Assembly: GCF_009834535.1 (NCBI RefSeq)
Contig: NC_045712.1
Span: 23,932,001-23,996,000 of the forward strand
DNA: 64,000 nucleotides
Source: Camelus ferus
Lineage: Eukaryota
Direction of reading: 5' to 3'
Both the position numbers and the translations under genes were made by a program. The notes beneath the pieces are model-generated. The model was not told the DNA's origin. It saw nothing but the letters and a program-made list of their open reading frames with translations, and ran no database searches. This document shows, in pieces, positions 24,001 to 36,329 of this stretch (position 1 is its first letter; each line of letters begins with the position of its first letter).

Positions 24001-27000
24001 GCCCTCTGGTCTCCAACCTCAGCTCCAGTTTAAGTTTCAACCCTTAGGCCCAGGTTGAATCCGGGCCACCACCCGCTGGCTCCCACCCCTGGCTGAGCCC
24101 CCAAGCCAGCCCTAGGCCTAGCAAGGACTGGTCCCCACTTCCCTCCCTGGCTCAGCCTGGCCCCCAGCTCTCAGCTTCTCAGCCTGGAGGAGGCCCTGCG
24201 TGCTCCTCACACTCATTCAGCCACCCCCACCCTGAGTTCTGAAGCAAGCTGACACAAGAAGCACATCACACCAGGCGATTTATGACTTGGACTAGCAGAG
24301 GCTGGAAACATATGCTATTTCTGAGCTGGATCCTGTTGGTTTGGACCGCAGGGAAGCAGAGCCCATAGGAGAGGGACGGGAAACACATACAGACAGATAG
24401 ACGCACAGACACCAACCACGTGGTGACCTGGGACTGGGGCCACGCTCTCCTGGGGCAGAGGTAGGCACTCTCACCCACTCCGACCTGGAGGAAACAAATC
24501 ATGATAAACGTGGCACTCCCCCCAACTCCTGCACCTAGTTTCCTTTCTAGCTGCAGAACCCATCTTCCCAGTGGCTCAGAGTGGAAACGGTCCAAGTTCC
24601 GGCTCTCCTTCCTACAGGCTGTGAGCCCTGGGGCATGCTGCTGAGCCTCAGCCTCCAACAGTGTTAGCAGCCTCATCTGTAAAATGGGGATATGATGCAA
24701 TCTTCCTCATGGGGTTTTATGAGGACAAAAATGCAATTGTGGAGGCAGAGTCCCTGAGCATGCCTAGCACACAGCAAAAGCTTACGAAGGAGTAGCTACT
24801 AATATTTTATCAAAAGATCAAAGCCCAGCTGTTCCAATTGGAGGGTCCATAGCCTCCTCCTTCCGCTCTCACCCCAGGGCTCCTGGGGTACACAGTTTGG
24901 AAACCCTTGGCCTAGATTCTGGGCTGGCAGTAGGACCAAAAGTAGCATTAGCTGACGATTACAGGAGGCAGAACAGCATGGAATTTGTCAGCATGGAATT
25001 AGGTCACTGAATTCTTAAAACAGAGGAGCTACAGAAGCCAAAAAAACTCAACATCTGAAGGCACAGTGATCTCCTGGGCCAAGAATGGTGTGGACCAACC
25101 AAGAAAGGATGGATCCCTGCCTTGGACAGCAGGCTGGGCACCGCCATGTGCCCCTCGGCTTTCCCTGGGTGTCCTGCAGCATCCAGCGAGGTGGAGGGCC
25201 TCCAGCTCCATCGCGATCTCCAAAGCCCCACATATCCTGGAGATCTCTTGCTTCCCCACTGTCACTCTGCTCAGGTGTCCGGAAGGTCCAGCTGCTCCCG
25301 GGCCCTCCTCCCCAGCCAGATCGCCTCTATGACCCTTCCCAGGACTCCTCACCCAGCTGCTGAGGTCCCAGGGGTGAATTAGCCACCAGAGGCCCTGCAG
25401 AGTGGGCTCTGGACACATCAGTGACCTCAGGCCCTACCTGCTCTGGGCCTCCCATTCCTCAAGAGTGAAGTAAAGGAGTTAACCCCGTTGGAAGAAGGTG
25501 AGCACTGGTGCCCTGGGAACCTACTGTGCATCAGGCCCTTTACACCCACCATCTCTGATTCAGGAAACAGAGGGTCGGACAGGGGAGTGACACGCCCAAA
25601 GCCACATGGCTGGGAAGCGGCGGGGGAGGATTTGATCTAAAGCTACAGTCCTGAGAGGCAAGAAGTGGGGTCCCGGGTGTGAGCAGGCTACCCCTCAGTG
25701 GGCAGCAGCAGAGACCTATGGCCAGCACATCCTGCATCCTGATATCTGGGGGCTCCCAGTGGCCACCAAGGCTGGCGGAGCCCCAACACCGGTGCCATTC
25801 CCACATGACCTTTCCAGGTGGCTAATGAGGGCCCAGGAACCACTCAGTAATTGGCCTCGTTAGGCGGCTGGGGCTGCCCAGGGGATGGGGTGGCAGATGC
25901 TGGGCCCCGTGGGGACAGGCCAGACAGCCTCCCGTTAATTACCTGAAAAATCAGACAATTAGGCCTCCTGCCACCCGCCTGCCTACGTCCTGCTGGCCCC
26001 TAATTACTGATGTCTGCTGAGCAGGCCAGGAGTGACCTGGATTTGGACTGAAGACTAGCCACTGCCATCTCCCCCACCTCCCACCCTGCATCCATCACAG
26101 GCTGTGGACATAGAGAGCAGGGGGGAGGGTTCTCTCAGGGATCTTCCTGTAGCCCCTCTTCCCCTGCCCAGACCCTTCCCACCCACTACCTCTCCTGTTG
26201 AAGGCAGCTCTGGAACAGAAGAGATGGATGCCTGAAGTCCCGGTGGTGCTCAGGGAATATGGGTGGGCTACTAGGGGAGGGGCAAGGACCCAGATAGGGG
26301 GTCCAAGAGGTATGGGGCCTGATGAAGTGGTTGACCTCCCCCTTCTGCCTGGCTCCTCCAGGGAAAATTGCCAGACTGTTCAGGAGTCGGAATGGCTGAG
26401 AAGATGAAGCTGAGAGCCCTCCCGTGGACCCTGGGGATGCTGGGGGTCCTGGGTCTGCCCTGGGGGAGTCCCCCAACTCAGAAGGCAAGAGGGACCTAGA
26501 CAAAGATGAGCAGGGTACAGCTTGTGGTGTTGGGGGAGGTGTGAAGAGAGGGGCTTGGCCTGCCTGTGGTGGTCCTGGAAGGCCTCCCAGAGGCAATGAC
26601 CTTTAGGCTGAGCCAGGTGGTGGGTACACTGTCCCAGGCAGAGGGAACAGCCCATGTGAGGGCCTGGAGGTGCATCCTTTTCTGCTGAAAGCAGTGACAG
26701 AGAGGCAGGATACCTCCTCAGTAAGTATCTACCATGCACCAGGCCATAGGGTGGAGGTGGCTAGACTGGCCCTGACCCCAGACAGCTGAACAGGGAAGTT
26801 GTGGGGGGCAGGTAAGGGATGCAGGCATGAGCCAGACAGACATGAACTCCTGGCCTTGTGGAGTTTACAGTCTCGCAAGGCAGCACACTTTGTTGCTGTT
26901 CTTGTGTTGTGTGGTAGGTCACCAGTGTCCATTATATAATGTGTGGTTGGATGGATGAATGGATGGATGGATGGCAGACTGAGCCCCTCAGGTAAAGATG

Positions 27001-27379
27001 AAGAGACAGAGCAGACCGTTACTTCCAATCTTCTGCAGCCTCCACCTCTATTAACATAGTGCGAGAGTCCTGGGCCAGGAAGAGGGCTCTTTCCTAGGCT
27101 CTGCATGTCTCTCTATTGCATTTCATCTCCCCCACTGGCTCTAGCTCTCCCAGAGGTTGGGTTTCCTGCCCCATCTACCAACCTGGCACTCCAAGCCAAA
27201 TTTGACCTTTGCCTGCTGATCAGTGAGAGAATCACCTTGTGGGACATTCAGCTGGGACTGGAGATTGGAGGAGGGATGGGGTCCAGGGGTTGGGACTCCT
27301 CCTGGATGAATGTGATGGAGTATCAGTGAGAGGAGGCAGGGAGAGGTGTTCAGCCTCCATAGTTCACCCACTTGGTGGG

Positions 27380-27990
27380 ATATTTTTTGGTGGAAGAGGT
27401 CAATTAACTTTGTGTTTATTCCTTATTTCTCTCTTTAAATATAATATTTGATTAATGTAAAGGAATATTTGTGACGATGCATAATCATATAATGGACACT
27501 GGTGACCCACCACACGATATAAGAACAGGAATTAAATGTGCCTTGTGAGACTGTAAGTGCAATGAGGTCTGGGGTTCATGTCTGTCTTGCTGTCCCTGCA
27601 TCCCTGCCCCGCACACCCTGAGTAGCGCCTGGCACCCCTGGGCCAGCAACACATGTTCACTGGTGGAATCTCCCCGTGAGTGCCACCTCTAACCAACTCC
27701 TGTCCCCTCCAGCATATCAAGAATCTTGGTTTATCACATTTTGGCCTTTTGTAAATAGTTCTATCATAAACATATGAATGCTTAAAACAATACTGTTTAG
27801 TTTTACTTTGGGAGGGAGCTTTATAAAAATGGCTTTGAACTGAATGTAGTTTCCTGCAATTTGTTTTCTTTACTCCCCATTATGGTTTAGGATTCACCCA
27901 TGTTGCTGTGGGAGCAGTAGTTGATTTCTCAGTTCTCCTCTCACTGGGTATTTGTGTTGCTTAGTTTCTCCTTAGAAACAGTGCTGCTAA
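27380..27990 (-). mobile_element. Old (L1M-type) LINE fragments interrupted by an L2 piece
   Basis: AT-rich island in GC-rich flanks with antisense old-L1 3' motifs (GGATTCACCCATGTTGCTGTG, TTTCCTGCAATTTG); L2-like CTGTAAGTGCAATGAGG...TAGCGCCTGGCAC at ~27550-27640. Confidence 0.5.
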
Positions 27991-30900
27991 AAACATCCCC
28001 AGGGTGGGGGTGATTTTATGATCATTATTGTTATCACTTGTCTGGTTCCCATCCCGGCAGAGTTCACTGCTCCTCCATTTCCCTGACCCTCCTGCACACG
28101 CAGGCACGTCCTAGGCACACTGGTGCCCCAGAATGAGGCTCCTTGTGACCTGAGCCCACCCTGGAGGGGTGAGGGATGGGGAGGTCTGGGTAGGGGTGCA
28201 GCTGCAGCAACTCTGTTTATTTCAAATCTGGATCCTACGTGCACTGCACCTTGAGTCACCCTCCTAAGTACATCTGGTCCCCAGGCTCTATATATCCCCG
28301 CCTCCACCATTACTGTTACTGCTTGCATTCAACAATACTGGGCTGAAGGGTACAGGGGTCTCCTCCAGACTTCCTGCTGGACCGAGCCCACTGCTACCAC
28401 CCAGCCAGGCTAGCCCCTTTCATGGTGCAAGGCCAGGGATCGAGGCGGGCCTTCACCCCCAGTTCTGCTCCCACAGCACTGTCCTCCGAGAGCAGGCCTG
28501 TAGAGAACTGGGTGAGAAAGGGCCGGCTCCCTTCAACGTTCTGCACCCCTTCCCACCTGTCAACGCTGGTTTTTTCCCATCTCCTCTCAGGGAACCCCGT
28601 CCTGGCTGCTGCTGCAGCAGCAACATTCCCTCCAGGCTCCCGCCCCCGTAGCCCCCAGGCTCCTCCTCCGAGCCAGGGTGGGAGCACAGTAATTTGAGTT
28701 ATTTTTAGCCAAGCCGCATCCTCCTGGAGATGCAAGTCAAGGGGAAGCCGCCCCCGTGCCTCCAGGAGCTGCTTGCAGAAAAAGATGGATTAAAACCAGT
28801 GCTTCCAGGGCTTGGGCCAGGCAGGCCACCGCCGCTGAGATGGGTGGAGCCAGGACCCTGGGCTTTTCACCAGTAAGCTCCCCACACTGGGGCAAGCTTG
28901 TTAAGGGTGACGGGTGTCCCCCACATGCCCCTCACTGCCACCACTCAGCAGCTGTCCTCAGCCTGCCCTCTCCTGGTTCCATCCCCATCCTCCCTGCCTG
29001 CACTGAGGAGGGCATTCTGGGAGCCATCCCCCTCTGGGCAAGGTGCCTTGGGAGTGGGCAGCTTCTGTGTTTCCAGGGGAGATTTGGGGGCAGGGAAGAC
29101 CCCCCTTCCTGATATCACCTGCCTGGCCTTCTGCCTGGCCCTAGGAGGGCTACCAAATGGGACGGACACCATGGTCCAGGCCCCGGAAGTACTTGGCATG
29201 AAAGAGTGCCTGGAGCCGTAGCAGCATAGTAGGTGGCGCCCTCATCCCCATCTCTCAGGCCAGGTCACAGAGCCACAGGAGGACGGAGCATTTGCTCAAG
29301 GTTACCCAGCTGCTGAGTGTCATAACGGCATCTGAGTCATGCCCTCCAGCCTTCACTAGTGGACAGGCCGTGAATGCCTGAGAATGTGACGACCATCTAA
29401 CAACCAACTAAAGAACAGAAAGGAAGACTGATAATGTTGTACTGGGGGGATGTTGTACTGGGATCCACAGGCCATGATGCCAGAGCACACTCTCTCACAG
29501 GCTCGATACTCAGTGGTCACCAGTGTTGAGTCTCAGGCAACAACGTCCAAGCCCAGAAGAGCTCCCAGGAGTGACCTTGACAGAAAAGGAGCAGGGTGAC
29601 CCTGGGCAAGTCACTTAACCTTTCTGAACCTCAGTTCCCTCATCTGCAACAAGAGAGGCCACTCTGCGGGTGTGGCGAGGACAGTGACAGCTGATGCACA
29701 GCTCCTGGCTCCAGGCCCTGGCAGGTTTCCTCTTTCCTGCCCAAGCTGGAAGGATGGTATGCTGGAAGGTAAGGACATTCACTGTGGGCCAAGCCTCCGG
29801 GACTTTGCAGTAGGTGCAGCAACAGCCTAGGCACGCCCTAATCAGCTGGGTTCCAGTGCCAGAGACCATGGGGAGCAAACGCCGGCTTGTGCCTGCTCGG
29901 CCCACTGTATTTGCCTCACCCCCTCCCACCTCTGCCGGACTTACATGGCCTGCCTTTGAGCCCCAGAAGCATGCCTCGTCTCCCAGGAAGGCCTCCGCGT
30001 CCCCTTCCAAACCTGAGGCTCCTGCCTAGATGGACCTCTCTCTGTTCTGCATCTTGGGGTGCTGTGCCCCGCAGCTTCCTCTTGTCCCAGCCCCTCAGAC
30101 TTTGAGCATAGGAGATCTTCCAGGTGATCATGGCAGTAGCCCTGGCTCAGCAGACATAAAGGTTTCAAACTTGGGGCCTCAAAAGGCCCACCCACTGATC
30201 TCCCAAGTGGAACCAGGGGTCACCCTTTCTGTTTGCTCCATCATGGAGAATCTCCTTGTTTTACAAGGGATGGGGATGGCAGGGCGGGTGAGGGGCAGCC
30301 CCTGGGTAGGCGGGTGATTTGCCCAGGGACCCACAGCTTAGAAAAGGCAGCAATTGGGCCAAAGCCCATTGTCTAGGGCCACAAGCCCTTCTTACTCAGG
30401 GCACCTGATAAGACCATTAGGATCTCTAGCCCTCCTGACTGTGCCCCTCTTCAGATCCCCAGCTCCTTTCTGCTCTTTCTGGTGTCCTCTGTTCCTCCCT
30501 AAACAGGGATAGGCCTCCTCCCTCACTAGTCCATTATGTGCTGGGGCTGAGAGGGGGTTTACTGAAGCACTAAACAGGCAGCAGACAAGGGCAGGCCCAC
30601 AGCTGCCCCCAGACTCCCACCCCTGTGGGGTGCAGCATCCAATGACCTCATCGCCTGTCCTTTAACCCAACAATAAGGATGGCCCCAATCCCCTCCTCTG
30701 ACCATCTGGGTTCCCTGCTTGACTTTGCCACCCACTCTTTGTGTGCCCTTGGGCAAGTCCCTTCTCTCCAGACCCCCATTTCCCATCTATAGGCTTAGAG
30801 AGGGCAACTAGGTGATTGTCAAGGTCCCTGCCCCAGTGCTGGTTTTCCCAACTCTCCCAGGGGCTCCTGGGTTGCAGCTTTTGTCTCCTGGGAGAGGGTT

Positions 30901-33249
30901 GGGACTTGGAGAGTTGGGGGCTTGAGATTTTAGGGAGGTGACAGACCCCTGGTTCATTCAGAAGAATTCTTGCAAAAGCCACTTCATCCTGCCCTCTCTC
31001 CACTTAAGAATCTTCCATCTGATCCTGAGGCAGGAGTGGCCCTGGGATCCAGCTCCTGGGCTATAACCAGGGCTGAGAAAGGAACCTGCCCCTGTCCCCA
31101 GCCTCTCTTTACCCGGGCTAGGGAGGCACGCACAGGAGAGAGGGGCATCCAGGTAGGATGGGGCGAAAGGAGAAAGGGGAGCTGGAGGGGCCGTGGTTGC
31201 CATGGCAATGACGTTGCTGGCTCCACTGGAGGCTGCTAAGGGAGAAGGGAAGGGGTCCTTCTCAACCCTCAGCTTCATTTTTCCTTTTCAGATCCTCTCA
31301 AAACCTCAGATGCAGGAGTGGGAGCCCCTCTGGTGTGCAGCCCTGCACTGTCCAGCCCCAACGTGTGCCCACATTTTCCATCCCTCCCTTCCTAGCGGGA
31401 CAGTCCTCTGTGCTACCAAGCATCTCCCCCTTCACACTCGGCCAGTCCCTGCCTTCCTGAGGCCAGCGGACCCCAGCCCCACCCCGAGCCTGCCCTCCTC
31501 CCAGGGACACTGCCACCACCACAAACACCCCCTCCTTTCTAGGCCTGTTCTGGGTGGGGTGAGTGGGTCTGAGTCGACACAGGCCCCTACTCTGGGTATC
31601 TGTTGGCCATGAAGGCCAGGGGCTTCCCCCAGGTCACCTGGTGGTCAGTGTCACAGGGCTTCCTCCATGACCTTACCAAGCACACACCATCCCATGCTCC
31701 TCAAGTCCTGGGGGGGCATCTGGACCAGGATAGCTCTCCATTTGGCTGTGGGACCACTAGCAAGTCACGCCCAAGGACTCCATCTCCCCATCTGTGAAAC
31801 AGGGTGATAAGAACCCCACTAGCTCCCTAGGCTGCTGGGCAGTCTCAGGAATGCTCAGCCGGACTCCAGGAGGCTTCTTGCCTGCTCAGCACTCCCTCCA
31901 CTGTCTCTGCCTTCACTGTCTCCCTCTCCACTGTCACAAGTGAAGAGGCTGAGGCTCAAAGAGGTGAAGTCACTCTGCTGGTGAGTGGCAGTCAGAATTT
32001 GCACCCAAGTCTGTCTGATTCAAAACCTGTTCCTTTAAACTCCAACAGACATAGCATCCAGTAACTCTGAGGTGGACCAGCAGGGGCTGTGCCCAGGAAT
32101 ACCTGCAGGCGCCATGTTCTCTGCCCTGATCCCTCTCTGGGGGAAGACACCATCCACCACCACTACCAGAAGCTTGAAGCCAGGGGAGACCCAACCCACC
32201 CAGAGAACCTGCTGAGGATGACAGAGGCTTGGTCCATGGGTGGGGGAGGTGGGAGGATTGGTGCCAGAAGCAGGGATGGGAGAGGTCTGGGAGGCTCAAA
32301 GGGCCTCCTTCTCAAAGGAGGGGTGCTCCAGCCGACCTGCATCAGCACCACTCCACCTGAGGTCCCATGCTGCCCCCATGTGGACGACGGGCTCACATTC
32401 CCTGCTGGGGACGGTGCATCACTTCTGGGCAAGGGGCCCCACCCAGAGGGAAAAATCAGTGGTCTAGGGCTGTGAAGGTGTCCCCAATGACCAATGAGCT
32501 GCACTCCCAAGCCTCTGCAGAGCCTGTTTTCTCTCTTCCCCACAGATCCTGGGCCTCAGCCCGGCCCTGCACGCTGCCCACCACCTTTCCTTCTCCCGGG
32601 AGCTCTGAATCCCAGACTCTTGGAAGGAAGTGAACTTGAGAGTTTTATCTTCCAACCCTTCATCCCATATTTCAACCTCCACCTCCAGTAATCCCTTGTA
32701 TCTAAGAGCTCACTACCTCTGGGAGCAGCTCATGGTTTGGAGGAAACTCTGATTGTTAAAATGACCCCTGGCCGAGGAGCTAGTTTTTGTCTCCCTCAGT
32801 GATAGCTCTGCCCTCTGGGGCCACAAGAACCACATGGCCTCTCACTGGGGAATTTCTAAGCAGACTCAAAGCTTAACCTTGTGCTTAGGGGCCTCCTCTC
32901 TGCCCTCCAGTCCTCCCCTACAGGTAAAAAATCCTGGCAGTGTCCCTTAGTGGGTTTTAACCCACTAATGGCCCCTCTTAATCTGGGCACACTGGTAGGC
33001 CCTTTCCTCTGGAACTTCAGGACTGAAGGGACCCAGCACCTCTGAGGACTGTCATTTCCCTCCATCCTGGCCCTTCCTTAGATCTGTCCTCAGTTTTAGC
33101 ATTCACTTGATACTGACATTCTTTCCCTAAGCCATGTCTTCCTCCCCAGAGGCCTTGTGAGGAAATAAGCATGGCTGGGATTAACAATGATTGAGCACCT
33201 AATGTATACTCAGCGCAGTGTTCGGTGCTTAACTCAGATTTCCAGTTTA

Positions 33250-35025
33250 ATTGATAAAGGAACTTGAAGATGATTCAAAGAAATGGAAAGATATTCCATG
33301 CTCTTGGACTGGAAGAATTAATATTGTTAAAATGGTCACCTACCCAAAGCAATCTACGGATTTAATGCGATCTCTATCAAACTACCCGTGACATTTTTCA
33401 CAGAACTAGAATAAATAATCCTAAAGTTTATATAGAACCATAAAAGACCCAGAATTGCCAAAGCAATCCTGAGGAAAAGGAACAAAACTGGAGGCATAAC
33501 CCTTCCCAGACTTCAGACAATAGTACAGAGTTACAGTAATCAAAAGAGCATGGTGTTAGCACAAAAACAGATATATGTATCAATGGCACAGAATAGAGAG
33601 CCCAGAAATAAATCTTCACACCTACAGTCGATTAACAAAGGATACAAGAATATACAATAGAGAAAAGACAGTGTTTTCAGCGAGTGGTGCTGGGAAAGCA
33701 GGACAGCTGCATGTAAATCAGTGAAGTTAGAACACTTCCTCACACCATCCACACAAAAAAACTAAAAGTGGCTTAAGACTTAAACATAAAACAGGACACC
33801 ATAAAGCTCCTAGAAGAGAACATTGGCAAAACATTCTCTGATATAAATCGTAGCAATGTTTTCCTAGGTCAGTCTNNNNNNNNNNNNNNNNNNNNNNNNN
33901 NNNNNNNNNNNNNNNNNNNNNNNNNNNNNNNNNNNNNNNNNNNNNNNNNNNNNNNNNNNNNNNNNNNNNNNNNNNNNNNNNNNNNNNNNNNNNNNNNNNN
34001 NNNNNNNNNNNNNNNNNNNNNNNCTTAATTTCCAAAATATACAAACAGCTCACACAACTCAATAACAACAACAACAACAACAAAAACAGTCCAATCCAAA
34101 AATGGGCAGAAGACCTTAATAGACATTCCTCCAACAAAGACATAAAGATGGCCAAAAGGCACATGAAAAGATGCTCACCACTGCTAACTGTTACAGAAAT
34201 GTAAATCAAAACTACAATGAGGTATTACCTCACACCAGTCAGAATGGCCATCATCAAAAAGTCTACAAATAATAAATTCCAGAGAGGGTGTGGANNNNNN
34301 NNNNNNNNNNNNNNNNNNNNNNNNNNNNNNNNNNNNNNNNNNNNNNNNNNNNNNNNNNNNNNNNNNNNNNNNNNNNNNNNNNNNNNNNNNNNNNNNNNNN
34401 NNNNNNNNNNNNNNNNNNNNNNNNNNNNNAAGACCCTATTTTGAATAGATATATGCACCCCAACATTCACAGCAGCATCTTTTAAATTAGCCAAGCCATG
34501 GAAGCAACCTAAATGTCTACTGACAGATGACTGGATAAAGAAGGTGTGGTATGTATATACAACATATATGCCATAAAAAAGAATGAATAATGCCACTTGT
34601 AGCAACATGGGTGGACCTAAGAGATTATCATATTAAGTGAAGTAAGTCAGAAAGAACAAGACAAATGTCGTGTGACCACTTATATGTGGCATCTAAAATA
34701 TGATACAAATGAACTTATTTACAAAACAGAAACAGACTCACAGGCATAGAAAAAAAACTTACAGTTACCAAAGGGGAAAGGGGGTGGGGGAGGGATAAAT
34801 TAGGAGTTTGGGATTAGCAGATACAAACTACTGTATATAAAATAGATAAACAAGGTCTTACGATAGAGCACAGTGAACTATATTCAATATTCTGCAACAA
34901 AAAATAATGGAAAAGAATGAAAAAATACACAAATACATACACACATATATATATAAACTGAATCATTTTGCTATACACTGGAAACTAACACAACATTGTA
35001 AATCAATTATACTTCAATTTTTAAA
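33250..35025 (+). mobile_element. 5'-truncated LINE-1 (ORF2 C-terminal remnant and 3'UTR), two N-runs
   Basis: Translates [27 protein letters not shown] at ~33253; [16 protein letters not shown] (34217); 3'UTR similar to the other two L1 copies. Confidence 0.95.
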
Positions 35026-35881
35026 AATTGTCCATTTTAACCCCATGAGACAATTACTATTTTTATCAAGTTACACTCAGAACTGAGGCTTAGAGAGCAG
35101 AGATCTGGACCAAGAAGAGACTTTTTTATTTCTGTGAAATCCCTCCTGGCCAACTAACCTCTTGCCTCCTTATTCTGCCACCTGCCCGGATTTGTGAAAT
35201 GTGTACATTTAATTCCTCAAACATTTATCAGGTCCCCACATGTACCTGGCACTGCGCCAGGCACAACAGTAATAACCCCAGATCACGATGTCCTGGGTTC
35301 ACTTCCCAGTACTTTCATTAAAAATAAATAAAGAACCCTAAGGACCTCACCCCACCTGAAAATTAAAAAAAAAAAAATTTAAAAATAAAAAAGAAATTGA
35401 AGAATTAAGAAATATCAATAACCCCAGATGTCTCTGACCCTGTAACTTCAGTGAGCAGGCCACACTGGATCCCACTCAGGATGTGGTTGGGACTGTAGCT
35501 CCAGACAAGGCCGAGACAAGACAACGCCCCTGCAGGCGACACGGTTCAGGTGGGTCATATCCAGCCCCGCTCAGCCCAGGGTTGGTCTGCTCACCAAGGC
35601 CTCACATCTCTCTTTGTCTGGGGCTAAAGGCATCTGCAAGGAACCTGGGTAATAGACATTTTGCGGAGTCCAGCCAGCAGCTCTGCCCAAGACTCTGCCA
35701 TAGAGCAGGGCAAATGGACCCAGGCCTCCGTACAGAAAGAGATGGGGCAAGAGCCACTCATACATGGAAGGTGGGAGTATGCTGACCCTGGAAAAAGGGC
35801 AAGTTCTTCACCTTTTTTTTGTGTTAGAAGCTCCTCTGACAAATGGTGATGTTTATGGACTTCTTCTCAGAGTAAGATTTT

Positions 35882-35997
35882 TATTTATTCATTCATTCAT
35901 TCATTCATTCATTTTTTTGTAATGGAGGTACTTGGGGTTGAACCCAGGACCTCCTGCATGCTAAGCATGAGCTCTACCACTGAGCTATACCCTCCCT
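35882..35997 (-). mobile_element. tRNA-derived SINE (Vic-1-type) with 14-bp TSD
   Basis: Antisense tRNA-Ala-like head; (TTCA)n tail; CAGAGTAAGATTTT at 35868-35881 and again at 36001-36014. Confidence 0.93.
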
Positions 35998-36140
35998 CTT
36001 CAGAGTAAGATTTTTAAATGTGTAAAATAAAATAGGTTTACAAAGAATTTTCATGAAAGGAAAAGATGTCCACGAATTACGATTGAACAAATGAAATCAG
36101 GTTACAGAAGAGCCTGTGTAAGCTCTTTATACATTTACTA

Positions 36141-36300
36141 TGAGAGAGGGAGGGAGAGAGAAGGAGGAGGAAGAGGTGAGGGAAGAGGGCAGGAATGGAG
36201 GGAGGAGGAAGGAAGGAAGGAAGGGAGGGAGGAAGGAAGAAAGAAAGAAAGGGAAAGAAAGACAGAGGGAGGAAAGAGAAAAAGAGAAAGGAAGGTAGAA
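36141..36300. repeat. GA-rich polypurine low-complexity tract
   Basis: About 160 bp made almost entirely of G/A (GGAA, GAGG and GAAA units). Confidence 0.9.
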
Positions 36301-36329
36301 AAACTCTCTCTATATACACTTGGCCAGCC

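Noticed and set aside
10440-33180. Numerous 60-200 aa ORFs in the intergenic region (e.g. 16637-17143, 22940-23554)
   Set aside because: Low-complexity Pro/Gly/Ser/Arg composition typical of GC-rich non-coding DNA; many non-ATG starts; no homology or exon series recognised.
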